From Nanobdellota archaeon (GTDB taxonomy: Archaea > Nanobdellota > Nanobdellia > Woesearchaeales > UBA583), in assembly GCA_022565615.1 (NCBI GenBank), contig JAIUMM010000002.1:884-64883 (forward strand): a DNA stretch of 64,000 bases. Direction: 5' to 3'. Below the pieces are notes generated by a model that saw only the letters and a program-made list of their open reading frames with translations, ran no database searches and was not told where the DNA came from. Shown here piece after piece: positions 9,686 to 20,699 of the stretch. Numbering within the stretch: position 1 is the first letter of the stretch; each line of letters begins with the position of its first letter. Made by a program: the position numbers and the translations under genes.

Positions 9686-9820
9686 GGAAGTTATATTTTA
9701 TTTTATGAAAAGAAAAAATTTAATTGAATTTATTTTTGATAAACTTCTAATCAATCTACTACTTTTAAAGTATGTTAAAAGTTTAAAAAAATCAATTTTC
9801 TCTACATAAGTATTAATGTA

Positions 9821-12800
9821 ATGAACAATATACTTGAGAGGAATTTTGTTAAGAGACTCTTTTATTTCAAATATCAAGTTTTTATTATTTTTTTATATTC
9901 TAATTTAATATTTTTATTAATTTTCTCTTCTTCTTCTTCTTTTTCTTATGATTTTTTCAATCCACCATGGGAAGATGATACACAACCATTTAGAGTTGAG
10001 TTTAATGTAACGGGTGCTAGTAGTGATTTAGATAGGTATACTATGCAAATTGATATCGACTCTTCATTTATGGGTTCAATTTTTGACTTTGACACTCACA
10101 GAGACTCAATTCGTATGTATTATTATAATAGGACTGCTAATACTTCAATATTAATTCCTCATTATTTCTTAGAATACGACTCAACTCTACAAGAAGCTGA
10201 ACTTCAGTTTAAAGTGCCATTTATTTCATCAACTACTGGTGCAGAGTTGGTACTTTACTTTGGAAATACTTTTTTTGATAATAATGAAGATTTTTGTAGT
10301 ACATTTATTCACTGTGATTTATTTGAAGAACCGGAAATTAATTCAATATATGAAATTGGAGACTTTGATTTAGTTACAGGAACTGATTTTTCAATAGTTG
10401 ATGGTAATTTGCAAATAAGAGCAGGTGGGGCTGATACATGGACTGGAAATGATGAATATGGTTCAGTTTTTTTAAAAGATATTGAGGGAGATATTGATGT
10501 TCAAGTAGCTATTATTTTTCAAGGAAATCCTGATCAATGGAATAAAGCAGGAATTATGATTAGAAATGATATTTCTCAGCCAACAGTTTCAACAGGGTAT
10601 GTGTTTCAAGCAGTTACAAGAGATAATGGTTATGCATTTCAAAGAGATACTACAGGAAATGGATATTTGAATCAAAATACAGTATCTGGTTCAAGAGTGC
10701 TTCCCTCATATTTACGTATTGTAAAATCGGATCAAACATTCACAGGTTTTTATTCAACAACAACTCCATCAACTTGGACAAGTATAACTTCACAAACTTT
10801 AACTACTGCAAATTCAATTCAAGATGTTGGACTCTCCTCTACATCTCACGCAGGAGCAACGTTAGATACAGTAAGATTTGATAATTTCACAATTAAAAGA
10901 CATACAACTGACACTATTATTGTTGATTCATTTGCTCAAAATAATTTACCTAATGAATTATTTGTCTCAATTATTCAACCCTCAACTATTGCAATTACTA
11001 ATGTTGAACAAAATTCAATTTTTACTGTTGATACTAACATTTCTTGTTTTAGTTATGACTCTACAACATGTGAAGATGTTGATATTTTTTTAGAATTTAA
11101 TGATTCTAATATAGTGAGTACTTCTTCAACTACACCTCTTTTTACAACAAGTTCAAATCCTCAAAGTTGTACTTTAGATGCAGGAGATTTTTGTATTCGA
11201 AGTTTTGATATTAATTTAACAGGCCTAGTAGGAGAAGTGTATGATGTTCAAGTTATAGCTCAAAGTTCATTAAATAATATTGAAGACTCAATATCTGATT
11301 TAGTTCGTTCAAGAGTAATACTTGGAACTTTTATTGCTTTTAATGAATCAATTCTCGATATTGGAACAACTACTCAATTCTCAGGTTCAATTAGCCAGAG
11401 TGTGGAAGTGAGTTCTAACTTTGGAGATAACTCTAATATTGAAATCACTTGTGTTTTAGGAGACTGCACAACAATTACACCTGATATTTCATTAATTTTA
11501 AATTTACTTGATGGCTCAACACAAAACATTACATTTACTTGTAGTGACCAACTCTCAGGTCAGTTTTCAGCACAGTTTGAATTGACTTCAACTCAAAGTT
11601 CAGTTACAGATTTTTTACAAGTATCTTGTGAAATTGAGCAAGTTTTTGGACCCATTACAATTACCAAATTTCAACCTTCAAGTTCAGGAGTAACTTTACT
11701 TCAAAATGAATCGGTAATTCTTAGATATAATGTAAGTTGTCAAGGAGAGTGTGGAGATGTTGAAATTGGAATGTATTCTCCATTTGGAAATTGGTGGAAT
11801 CTAAGTTGGCAGAATAGAGTTGAGATAAATATCACAAACACAGTATTTACTCCTGAAGACTTTCAGATATTAGTTCAAATAAATTCTTCTCTTCTAGATG
11901 ATTATCAATGGTTAAATAGTTGTTCAGATTTAAGATTTATTGATAACTCTTCAAATTCATTATTATACTGGATAGAAGAATGTAATGAAGTAGAAGAAGA
12001 AGCATTTGTCTGGGTAAGGCTTGAAGACTCAATTCCGGCTGACGAGTTATATCAAATAACAATGTATTATAATAATGAAGATGCTATATCACAAAGTAGT
12101 CCTCAAACTACATTTAGGGAGGATGAAATTCATTTAGTGACAGGTTTTTGGAATGATGGAGCAGCACCATTAACTTCAAATCATATTAATAATAATAATG
12201 ATGCAAATATTTTAAAAAGTACTATTGATATTAATGGTTGGGATATTTTTGGGAGTGGATATGTTACTTCAATTAATCAAAATATTAATATTTATGGTTC
12301 AGGAGGAGCAGATGATGATTTTTATTATTCAAGATATAGATTTTTATTTATTCCTTCAACTACTACAACTCATACTTTTAGAACAAATAGTGATGATGGA
12401 AGTGAAATTGGAATTTGGAACTTAGATGGATATGGAACGGGAATTAGAACTCCTATAAGTGTTGTAACTGGCACACAAACTCGCCTTGCTTTTTGGTATG
12501 GAGGACATGCAAATCAGGCTCTTTGTAATACAGGAGGAACTGATGGTTCACAAAGTTTAATTGCAGGAAATGGTTACTGGATAGATTATGTGATGAATGA
12601 AAGAACGGGTGGTCAACTTGCTCAAATGTGTATTAATAGAGGTTTTGGATTTGAACTTGTAAGTGTGGCTAACTTAGGTGGTGAAATCTTTGCAAGAACA
12701 TACCTAGATGACGATCCTCAAGTTGTAATTTCACAAAGTCAAAGTGGGTTAATTTCAACAATAGCTGATGAAGTTCCTCTGTGGACAAGTAACATTAATC

Positions 12801-13573
12801 CTCAAAACTGTATAATTGGTGAGCTTGATTGGTGTATTGTTGAGTTTGAGGTTTTTGGAACTGGAGAGAGTAATAATTCATATGATATATTTTTAAGAGC
12901 AAGTTCTAATTATTCACAAGTTGAATTTAGTCAATCTTTAGATTTTACAATTACAATTACTCAAGATCCAATACCTAAAATTATTTTATTAGAACCTTCT
13001 AATGATTCAAAATTTATTGACTCTTTAGAGAGTGAATTTAGATTTTTTATTAATGGAAGTTCTTCTACATATTATTGTAATGTATACATTAATTCAGTTC
13101 TTCAAATAGGAGAAATGTGTCCAAATCTACAAAATTCATCAATATTTATAAATATTAGTGGAGGATTATATGAGTATTATATTGAAGTATTAGATGAAGA
13201 TCAAAATTCAACTCTTATAAACTCTCAAATTTTTGAGTTTAGAAAAATATTGTTTCAACATAAGACATTAATAAAAGAAATTAATTTTCTTGAAAGTTAT
13301 ATTTACGAAATTGAATTAACACTACAAAATAATTTAAATTTTGATCAAGAATTTAAAGTCTTTGAATTTGTATCTGAGTTTTTTAATTATGCATCATTTA
13401 ATTTATTTTATGATATATTTATAGAGGTTAGTGGTTTATTTACTGGGGACTTATTAGAATGGAGTTCAGTTATAGTTTCTTCTAATTCAAATGAAACTAT
13501 ATCTTATGCAGTGAGTTCAAACAATGGAAGTCAATCAAAAATTAAAGATTTATTTATTATAGGTTTTGAATAA
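9821..13573 (+). CDS. giant cell-surface protein (DUF2341-like x2, LamG-like, PA14-like modules)
   Basis: 1250 aa with an N-terminal TM. Two DUF2341-like modules: FRVEFNVTG…IRMYYYN…LVLYFGN, and WQNRVEINITN…DLRFIDNSSNSLLYWIEE…AFVWVRL…ITMYYNN. A concanavalin-like segment (IRAGGADTWTGNDEYG…NKAGIMIRND) and a PA14-like segment (YRFLFIPSTTTTHTFRTNSDDGSEIGIW) follow. A Cys-pair module occurs twice (NPQSCTLDAGDFCI and NPQNCIIGELDWCI). Confidence 0.7.
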   Translation: MNNILERNFVKRLFYFKYQVFIIFLYSNLIFLLIFSSSSSFSYDFFNPPWEDDTQPFRVEFNVTGASSDLDRYTMQIDIDSSFMGSIFDFDTHRDSIRMYYYNRTANTSILIPHYFLEYDSTLQEAELQFKVPFISSTTGAELVLYFGNTFFDNNEDFCSTFIHCDLFEEPEINSIYEIGDFDLVTGTDFSIVDGNLQIRAGGADTWTGNDEYGSVFLKDIEGDIDVQVAIIFQGNPDQWNKAGIMIRNDISQPTVSTGYVFQAVTRDNGYAFQRDTTGNGYLNQNTVSGSRVLPSYLRIVKSDQTFTGFYSTTTPSTWTSITSQTLTTANSIQDVGLSSTSHAGATLDTVRFDNFTIKRHTTDTIIVDSFAQNNLPNELFVSIIQPSTIAITNVEQNSIFTVDTNISCFSYDSTTCEDVDIFLEFNDSNIVSTSSTTPLFTTSSNPQSCTLDAGDFCIRSFDINLTGLVGEVYDVQVIAQSSLNNIEDSISDLVRSRVILGTFIAFNESILDIGTTTQFSGSISQSVEVSSNFGDNSNIEITCVLGDCTTITPDISLILNLLDGSTQNITFTCSDQLSGQFSAQFELTSTQSSVTDFLQVSCEIEQVFGPITITKFQPSSSGVTLLQNESVILRYNVSCQGECGDVEIGMYSPFGNWWNLSWQNRVEINITNTVFTPEDFQILVQINSSLLDDYQWLNSCSDLRFIDNSSNSLLYWIEECNEVEEEAFVWVRLEDSIPADELYQITMYYNNEDAISQSSPQTTFREDEIHLVTGFWNDGAAPLTSNHINNNNDANILKSTIDINGWDIFGSGYVTSINQNINIYGSGGADDDFYYSRYRFLFIPSTTTTHTFRTNSDDGSEIGIWNLDGYGTGIRTPISVVTGTQTRLAFWYGGHANQALCNTGGTDGSQSLIAGNGYWIDYVMNERTGGQLAQMCINRGFGFELVSVANLGGEIFARTYLDDDPQVVISQSQSGLISTIADEVPLWTSNINPQNCIIGELDWCIVEFEVFGTGESNNSYDIFLRASSNYSQVEFSQSLDFTITITQDPIPKIILLEPSNDSKFIDSLESEFRFFINGSSSTYYCNVYINSVLQIGEMCPNLQNSSIFINISGGLYEYYIEVLDEDQNSTLINSQIFEFRKILFQHKTLIKEINFLESYIYEIELTLQNNLNFDQEFKVFEFVSEFFNYASFNLFYDIFIEVSGLFTGDLLEWSSVIVSSNSNETISYAVSSNNGSQSKIKDLFIIGFE

Positions 13574-13650
13574 TAATAAGTTTGTATAATAGAAATTTGA
13601 AAATATTCATAATATCTTAAGATAAGTTTATAATTTCTAGTAATAGCATA

Positions 13651-13660
13651 CTTTTAAATA
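13651..13660 (+). promoter_or_regulatory. TATA-like box upstream of photolyase gene
   Basis: CTTTTAAATA ends 25 nt upstream of the ATG at 13685. Confidence 0.4.
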
Positions 13661-13684
13661 ATTTCAAATCTTAGTTTTTTTTAA

Positions 13685-15121
13685 ATGTCTAAAAAATATG
13701 AAAAGGGTATAGTTGTTCATACTAAAGATTTAAGATTGTTTGATAATAGAACTATAAAAAAAGCATATGAGGAATGCTCAGAAGTTATGCATATTTTTAT
13801 ACTTTATAATACTCAATTGCAATCAACTAAAAAAGTATTTGATGTTAATACAAATGCTTTAGAGTTTATGTATAATTCTCTTTTAGATTTACAAGAGCAA
13901 CTTAAAGATAAAAATTCGTTACTAGTAGTATTAAAAGGAGATTCTTTTAATACAGTACTTCATGATTTAAGAGAAAATTTTAAATTTGAAGCTTTATATA
14001 TTAGTAAAGACTATTCTCCTCACGCATTAAGTAGAGAAGATTCAATTTATCAATATTGTTTAAATGTATCAGTTCATTATAGTGAAGTTGTTGAGCATAT
14101 TTTACTTGATAATATTTCTAATTATTTAAAAGCAACAGATTCAAAACCTTATACAGTATTTACCCCATTTTATAAAAATGCACTAAAATTTGAAGTCCCT
14201 CTTCCTTTAAAGTATACAACACATTCACTTATTAAATCTATTAATTTAGACACTAAAATATTAAAAAAATTAGAAAAACAAACGCAAGAAAATTTAGAGT
14301 ACTTACATTCTCTATTCACACCAAATTCTAATCTTTTAGTTAAAGGTGGGAGAAGTGAAGCTTTTGAAATTTTAAAAGAATTAGATGATTTTAATTATAA
14401 ATTAAAAAGAGATTATCCAAGTATTAAAGGTACAACAAGACTCTCGGCTCATCATAAATTTGGGACAATTTCAATGCGAGAGAGTTATTATTCAATAAAA
14501 GATACATCTAAAACGTATGGAGATGAGTTACTTAGAGAATTATATTGGCATGATTTTTATATTTTAATTGCAAAACATTTCCCTCATGTATTTGAACATG
14601 CATTTCAACAACACTATGATGATATTAAATGGATTAACGATACTGATGATGAAAATTTTAAAGCATGGTGTAGAGGAGAAACAGGTTTTCCAATTATTGA
14701 TGCTGGGATGAGAGAATTAAATACAACAGGATACATGCACAATAGAGTGAGGATGATTGTTGCGAGTTTTTTAACTAAAGATTTACACATTCATTGGTTA
14801 CTAGGAGAAGCATATTTTGCAAGTAAACTCACTGACTATGATTCTTGTGTAAATAATGGTTCTTGGCAATGGGCAGCATCAACAGGGTGTGACGCTCAAC
14901 CATATTTTAGAATATTTAATCCTTGGTTACAGCAAGAGAGATTTGATAAGAATTGCGACTATATTAAGAAATGGATTCCTGAACTTGAAAGTTTAGATGT
15001 AAAAGTAATTCATAATCTAGGTGAACAAAGACCTTTATTTTTTAATTCCTCTTATCCAAAGCCAATTGTAAATCACAAAAAACAAAAAAATATTGCAATT
15101 AGTATGTTTAAAAGAGAATAA
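13685..15121 (+). CDS. phr: deoxyribodipyrimidine photolyase / cryptochrome family protein
   Basis: 478 aa. FAD-binding domain signatures: TGFPIIDAGMRELNTTGYMHNRVRMIVASFLTKDL, WQWAASTGCDAQPYFRIFNPWLQQERFD. Confidence 0.88.
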   Translation: MSKKYEKGIVVHTKDLRLFDNRTIKKAYEECSEVMHIFILYNTQLQSTKKVFDVNTNALEFMYNSLLDLQEQLKDKNSLLVVLKGDSFNTVLHDLRENFKFEALYISKDYSPHALSREDSIYQYCLNVSVHYSEVVEHILLDNISNYLKATDSKPYTVFTPFYKNALKFEVPLPLKYTTHSLIKSINLDTKILKKLEKQTQENLEYLHSLFTPNSNLLVKGGRSEAFEILKELDDFNYKLKRDYPSIKGTTRLSAHHKFGTISMRESYYSIKDTSKTYGDELLRELYWHDFYILIAKHFPHVFEHAFQQHYDDIKWINDTDDENFKAWCRGETGFPIIDAGMRELNTTGYMHNRVRMIVASFLTKDLHIHWLLGEAYFASKLTDYDSCVNNGSWQWAASTGCDAQPYFRIFNPWLQQERFDKNCDYIKKWIPELESLDVKVIHNLGEQRPLFFNSSYPKPIVNHKKQKNIAISMFKRE

Positions 15122-15154
15122 AATTTAAATATTTTGATTTAGGTTTTTCGCAAA

Positions 15155-15688
15155 TTATTTTTTTATTTCATTAGTATTATTTTTATTTGATTCAACTTTA
15201 TTATTATTATTAGAATTTATAACTTTAGTTGTAGTTTTAGTAGTATGAGTTGTAACTTCATCTTCTAAGAATTCTTCAATTTTATCAGCTAAAAAATTAA
15301 TTATATTCTCCTTCATATCTAATAATTCTTCTCGTGTTGCAAATTGCATAGGATTCCACAAATCAATATATCTCTCAAGTTTTTGAACTTCATCATGATT
15401 AGCTGTAATTTTAAATTGTTTCTTAACTTTTGATTGAAACTCTTGAAATAATTCAATATTATGTTTCATATCATGAATTTCATCTCTTAAATGTTTAATG
15501 TCTTGACTTAATGTTCTAATTTCTTTAATGATATTGTGATCTAATAATTCTATCTTTTCATCAACAATTTCTACTTTACTCTCTAAATCTTTTTGACGCT
15601 CAACAATACTTACCAGAGCTTTTGAGTGAGTATCAACTTTACTTAGTAAATCTTGATTTGCTGTTGAAGAATCTGAACCAAATGCCAT
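15155..15688 (-). CDS. coiled-coil protein, unknown function
   Basis: 177 aa with heptad-like charged repeats and an Asn/Lys-rich C-terminus. Confidence 0.5.
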   Translation of the reverse strand: MAFGSDSSTANQDLLSKVDTHSKALVSIVERQKDLESKVEIVDEKIELLDHNIIKEIRTLSQDIKHLRDEIHDMKHNIELFQEFQSKVKKQFKITANHDEVQKLERYIDLWNPMQFATREELLDMKENIINFLADKIEEFLEDEVTTHTTKTTTKVINSNNNNKVESNKNNTNEIKK

Positions 15689-15721
15689 TTTATATATTAG
15701 ATATCAAAAGAATAGTATTTA

Positions 15722-16975
15722 TTATTTATGTTTAATTGAAGAGTATAAACTTACTATTTTTTTAACTGATTTATCCCATGTATGACTGTCTACTTCTGTA
15801 AACGCGTTATCTGAAATATAATTATGTAGTGGTTCATACTCTAGAAGTGCTAAAATTTTATGTGCTATTTCATCAGTATCCCAAAAGTCAACTTTAAAAG
15901 CATGTTTTAAAACTTCAGAAATTCCACTTTGCTTTGAAATAATAGTTGGTGTCCCTTTAACGATTGCTTCATAAGGTACAACTCCAAAAGGCTCAGAGAC
16001 AGATGGCATTACAAATACATCTGAACTTGAATAATATCTCTCAGCTTCAACTCTTGTGTATGCTCCTCCATGAAAGTACACATTATCATTAATTCCTAAT
16101 TCATAAGAGAGTTCAATTACTCTTTGTAACATATCTCCTCCTCCTGCAATTACAAATACAACATCATTTCTATATTCCAATACTTTTTTAGCTGCTCTTA
16201 AAAAATATTCAGGTCCTTTTTGAAGAGTCATTCTTCCCATAAATAGAACTGTTTTTTTATGTTCAAATAATTGTTGTTTAGATTTACTCTTAACTAAATC
16301 ACTAATTTTTGCATTATACACAACTCTAATTTTTAAAGGGTCTACATTATATTTCGAAATTAATTGATGTTTGACATATTTACTCACTGCCACAATAATA
16401 TCTGCTTGTTCAAATCCTTCTTGTTCAATTTTCATAATTTCAGGATGTCCTCCTTGATTTCCTGTTTTATCATACTCAGTAATATGAACATGAAAAATAA
16501 TTGGTATTCCTGTCACTTTTTTAAGTTCAATTGCAGCTCTCATAGTTGTCCAATCATGAGCATGAATTACATCAAATTGTCTATGTTGGAATTTTTTAAC
16601 AATTCTTCTAGCATATAATTCAACTTCTTGTAAAATATTTTCTCCATAAATTTCTTTACTAGTTTTATACTCTCCAACTGATGATTTCAAATAATCCTCA
16701 TATGTAACTTCATATTCATGTGGTGTTTGATAACAACTTAAAAGAGTTGGAATTTTTGTAATATATACATTAGAAAAATCAATCTCTTCAAATTGAACTC
16801 CTGAAACATCACAATTAGAACTAAATTTGGAAACTTCTTTAGGACCATAAGGCATAGCATATTCTATTGAAATATCATCATAATTGGAGAGTTCTTTACA
16901 AATTTCAGCACAAACCATTCCTACTCCTCCTGAAAAAGAAGGAGGTAATTCCCAGCTTAACATTAAAACTCTCAT
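15722..16975 (-). CDS. GT4-family (group 1) glycosyltransferase
   Basis: 417 aa. N-terminal MRVLMLSWELPPSFSGGVG and a C-terminal E-x7-E motif (SEPFGVVPYEA) are typical of GT-B glycosyltransferases and glycogen-synthase-like enzymes. Confidence 0.8.
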   Translation of the reverse strand: MRVLMLSWELPPSFSGGVGMVCAEICKELSNYDDISIEYAMPYGPKEVSKFSSNCDVSGVQFEEIDFSNVYITKIPTLLSCYQTPHEYEVTYEDYLKSSVGEYKTSKEIYGENILQEVELYARRIVKKFQHRQFDVIHAHDWTTMRAAIELKKVTGIPIIFHVHITEYDKTGNQGGHPEIMKIEQEGFEQADIIVAVSKYVKHQLISKYNVDPLKIRVVYNAKISDLVKSKSKQQLFEHKKTVLFMGRMTLQKGPEYFLRAAKKVLEYRNDVVFVIAGGGDMLQRVIELSYELGINDNVYFHGGAYTRVEAERYYSSSDVFVMPSVSEPFGVVPYEAIVKGTPTIISKQSGISEVLKHAFKVDFWDTDEIAHKILALLEYEPLHNYISDNAFTEVDSHTWDKSVKKIVSLYSSIKHK

Positions 16976-17205
16976 CTATTACAAATTGGAATTTTAAACA
17001 TTTAAAGATTTTAAGTATTACTTAATAGTTAGTAAGAAGAACATTGTATATTAAGATTCATTTAAACACAATTTGTTAGTATTTTTTGTCTTGATTTAAA
17101 TTCATATCTGCGAGTTTTTTAGTGAGTTTTTTATTAAGTTCATTGTTGAAAAAAAAAACTAAAATTTATATTGTAATTTTTTTAATTTCAAGTAGGTAAT
17201 AAAAA

Positions 17206-17610
17206 ATGATAAGTTTAGTTGATGTATTTAAATTTATTTTCATAGCAGCAATAATTATTAGTTTTACATTTATTTTATTAATTGCTCTAAGTCCTGCTTT
17301 TAGTTCAAAAGATATTATTGCAGAGTATGTTTATAGTGATATTAATAATTGCACATTACAACAAGAAGGAACAGATTGTTTAATTTCTTCATTTCAAGAT
17401 TTAGAATCTCAAATTATTAGAGTGTATCCTAACTTAATATATACTCTTATAATTACAGGAGAAGATGGAATTGAGTATGTTAGTGGAGAAGATAATCAAC
17501 ACAATGATTTACTACTAAATCAAAGAATGTCTTCTTGTAATTTATTTAGAAGTTGTCAAATTTTTTATTTTAGTCATGGTAATTTAAATTATAGAATTAT
17601 ATTAATGTAA
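17206..17610 (+). CDS. hypothetical membrane-anchored protein
   Basis: 134 aa with one N-terminal TM. Confidence 0.45.
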   Translation: MISLVDVFKFIFIAAIIISFTFILLIALSPAFSSKDIIAEYVYSDINNCTLQQEGTDCLISSFQDLESQIIRVYPNLIYTLIITGEDGIEYVSGEDNQHNDLLLNQRMSSCNLFRSCQIFYFSHGNLNYRIILM

Positions 17611-17619
17611 AAAATAAAC

Positions 17620-19404
17620 TCATTTTTTATTTTTTATTTTTTCTTCTCTTTTATGCTCTTCAGTATAAAAGTTAATTATTTTAGGTTTTCGAGTATTAAT
17701 ATCAACTAATATACACTTACCAACATCTGGGAACATTCCCATCTTTTCTTGATAATCACTCATTTCAACCCAACATCCTCCGCTAATAATAGTACATCCT
17801 TTATAATTTGCAACAGAGAGTTTGTGTGTATGTCCTGTTAAAAAGAAATCAGGCATTTTTTTAATAATTAATGGGTCTTCTTGAGTGTCAGGAATATACA
17901 GAGTTGAACCATGTGAAGGAGCTAAATGTCTTTTTTCAAGTAAAAATTTAACAATTTCTTCAGGAACTTTTGCTCCTCCTTTTTCACGAAGAGATTGAAT
18001 CTCATTTGCATAATAAAAATAACTAGCACCATGGTAGGAATAACAATTAAACCCTCCTGAAGAATCTTGATTATATAATGTTACAATTGAAGGATTTGAA
18101 AACATTAATGTATTTTCTAAATTGTATACTGCATATGCTTTTTCATAAGGAATTGGAGGTTGTGGCTCAGAGAGTCTATCAGTGTCATGGTTTCCAGGAA
18201 TTATAATCATTGCAATGTGTTTTGGAACTTGACTTAACCATCTTGCAACTTCATGATATTGTTTTTCAGTTGATAAAATTCTAGCATCTTTTCCTTGTCC
18301 AGGGTAAATTCCAATTCCTTCAATTAAATCTCCAGGGATTAGTAAATATTTAATTTTTTTAGCAATTTCGTTGAGTTTTTCATTATTAGTATTGCAGTTT
18401 AAAAAATCTAAAAATTTAGAAAATGCTTCATCCTGAAATACATGAGCTCCGATATGTAAATCTGAAGTACATACAATATATCCTTCTTCATCTTGAATTT
18501 TTTTAAGTTCACGACCATTTGGAGGAGAAGGTATAATAATATCATCAGTCCAAATAATTCCTTTTCCAACTTTACCAAGAATTCCAATTCCTTCATCAAG
18601 ACATAATAATTTAATTTTTTCAATGAGTTCTTGGTTATCTTTATTAATAAAACATTTCACATCTCCACTTTTATCTTCAAGTGAAATAATGTGGTGCCCG
18701 TTCTTAGTAACTTGAAAATCATTAATAAGTCCAATTAATGATACTTGTGTATTTGTTTCTTGAAGTTCTTTGAGCTGATTAATTCTCACTACATTATCAA
18801 GTGTAATTCTTGATGAGAGTAATTCTGTGAAATATTTAAGTCGCTGATTAAAGTATAAAATAAAATTTTTAACTCCAATTTTTCCAGAAGGTTTTGTATA
18901 ATTAAATTCACAACTCACATTATATTTAGAAAGCTTGTATGCTAAATCTTCTTCATAATTAAATGATTCTATTTTTTTGAAAATTAAATCATCAATTTCA
19001 TTATTTTTAGTATTATTATTTATTAATTTTAAATTTATATTCTCATCTTCAAGAGATTCATTTTCAACTTTAAGTTTAGATTTTCGCTTAAGTTCAAATT
19101 CTTGAAATATAAAATCAACAAATTGATAATAAATTTTTAATTTTCTTGGAGTTGAAATATCTTTAGCCATTACAATTAAATCTTCAAAATTAATTTCCTT
19201 AAATTTTGAAATAATATCTTTTGAATTAATATTTGGAAGTGAAGTTAATAATTCACAAATATCTTGATTTAAATATGAGAGTTTAATTGAATTCATATAC
19301 AGAATTTCTAAGTTTTTTAGAAGGAGGATTTCTTCATCTTTTGAAAGTATAATATTTTCATCAATTTCAGACACATATTTTTTAATTGCTAAAAAATCTC
19401 CCAT
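17620..19404 (-). CDS. polD1: DNA polymerase II (PolD) small subunit DP1
   Basis: 594 aa. An OB-fold-like segment (VSLIGLINDFQVTKNGHHIISLEDKSGDVKCFI) is followed by calcineurin-like phosphoesterase motifs DLHIG, GDLIEG, GNHD and GHTH. Confidence 0.88.
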   Translation of the reverse strand: MGDFLAIKKYVSEIDENIILSKDEEILLLKNLEILYMNSIKLSYLNQDICELLTSLPNINSKDIISKFKEINFEDLIVMAKDISTPRKLKIYYQFVDFIFQEFELKRKSKLKVENESLEDENINLKLINNNTKNNEIDDLIFKKIESFNYEEDLAYKLSKYNVSCEFNYTKPSGKIGVKNFILYFNQRLKYFTELLSSRITLDNVVRINQLKELQETNTQVSLIGLINDFQVTKNGHHIISLEDKSGDVKCFINKDNQELIEKIKLLCLDEGIGILGKVGKGIIWTDDIIIPSPPNGRELKKIQDEEGYIVCTSDLHIGAHVFQDEAFSKFLDFLNCNTNNEKLNEIAKKIKYLLIPGDLIEGIGIYPGQGKDARILSTEKQYHEVARWLSQVPKHIAMIIIPGNHDTDRLSEPQPPIPYEKAYAVYNLENTLMFSNPSIVTLYNQDSSGGFNCYSYHGASYFYYANEIQSLREKGGAKVPEEIVKFLLEKRHLAPSHGSTLYIPDTQEDPLIIKKMPDFFLTGHTHKLSVANYKGCTIISGGCWVEMSDYQEKMGMFPDVGKCILVDINTRKPKIINFYTEEHKREEKIKNKK

Positions 19405-19480
19405 TTATAATAAGTAGTTTTTTATATTTTATATAACTATTGATTACTTTTTTTTCTTCTGTATTTACATTTTGTATAGA

Positions 19481-20689
19481 TTATGGAATTTCAATTATAG
19501 AACCTCTACTTAACATAGAAGTATCTTCAAAATATCTATTATCAATAATAAATATTGACTCAGGCATTAATGAAGGAAAATTATTTAAATTTGAGATTAT
19601 AAGACTCAAAGGGATAAAACTTAATTCATTATTTCTAGGATGATTTGGATTTTCAACTATTTTAAGATAAAGTGTTATTTCTTCAAGCTCGATTTCATAA
19701 ACTCTATTTTCTCCTGAGTTTGTAATAAAATTCCCAAAAATTTCTTCAATTGTTTCAAAACTAATATAATTTAAATTATCAATATTTTGATTAATTCCAT
19801 TTTTAAAAGTTTCTTCAAATATATTAACTGCACGTTCTAAGTTATACATTTCATCAGGTTTTAATAATATAAAATAACTTTGAAGGTCGTTAATATCAGT
19901 AAACAACCTATTTGTATTAATGACAAGTTCTTGTGTTATTTCTTCTACAATTATTAAGTTTTCAATTTCACCTAATTCTCTTCTATCTTCTTGTCTTTGA
20001 ATTGCAGTAACTTCAAAAGATTGTGAAGTAAATGGTGTTTTTCTAAATATGCATTCTATTTCTCTTGCAGATTTAAGAGAACAAACTAATTCTTCATCAC
20101 TTTCTTGACTAATTTCTTGTGAGATTCTACCAAGACACAAATTACCATTATAAGGATTTGTTTGATAGCAATGTTCAATACCAATCATTTTTTGATGAAT
20201 TACATTATGTAAAGAATTTAATTCTTGAAGTTGTAATATAAATTCATCTTTAAAATAAAAAATAGGAGTAGTAATATTTTTTGTAACTTTTAAATTCCTA
20301 TTAGTCTCTATGAATTCAATATATATTAAATTATCTTGGGCATCAATTCTAAAATTATAGTCTCTAAAAAATCTCTCAATTTTTTCTTCAACTTTATTAA
20401 TGTAAGAAATTTTTAATTCTTCAATATTGATTTCATCTTCTAAATCTCTTAGCAATTCTATTTGAACATCTGAATTTATTTTCAAAATTTCAATTCTAGC
20501 ATCATTTTCTTTAAGTTTAAGTTCAGAGTGAGGATTTAAACTAGTTAAATATAATGAACTTTGTCTTTCACTTTCATTATTTAAAACTGCAATTACAATT
20601 ATTGCAGCTCCTATTAATGTGAAAATAAATACAAGTGGGAAGTATGGGAGGAGAGCTTTTTTTTTAATTAAATAATTATGAGATTTCAT
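19481..20689 (-). CDS. membrane-anchored protein, unknown function
   Basis: 402 aa. The N-terminus IKKKALLPYFPLVFIFTLIGAAIIVIAVL is a possible class III signal. Last gene of a tight three-gene unit, 76 nt upstream of DP1. Confidence 0.55.
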   Translation of the reverse strand: MKSHNYLIKKKALLPYFPLVFIFTLIGAAIIVIAVLNNESERQSSLYLTSLNPHSELKLKENDARIEILKINSDVQIELLRDLEDEINIEELKISYINKVEEKIERFFRDYNFRIDAQDNLIYIEFIETNRNLKVTKNITTPIFYFKDEFILQLQELNSLHNVIHQKMIGIEHCYQTNPYNGNLCLGRISQEISQESDEELVCSLKSAREIECIFRKTPFTSQSFEVTAIQRQEDRRELGEIENLIIVEEITQELVINTNRLFTDINDLQSYFILLKPDEMYNLERAVNIFEETFKNGINQNIDNLNYISFETIEEIFGNFITNSGENRVYEIELEEITLYLKIVENPNHPRNNELSFIPLSLIISNLNNFPSLMPESIFIIDNRYFEDTSMLSRGSIIEIP

Positions 20690-20699
20690 TTTTATATTA

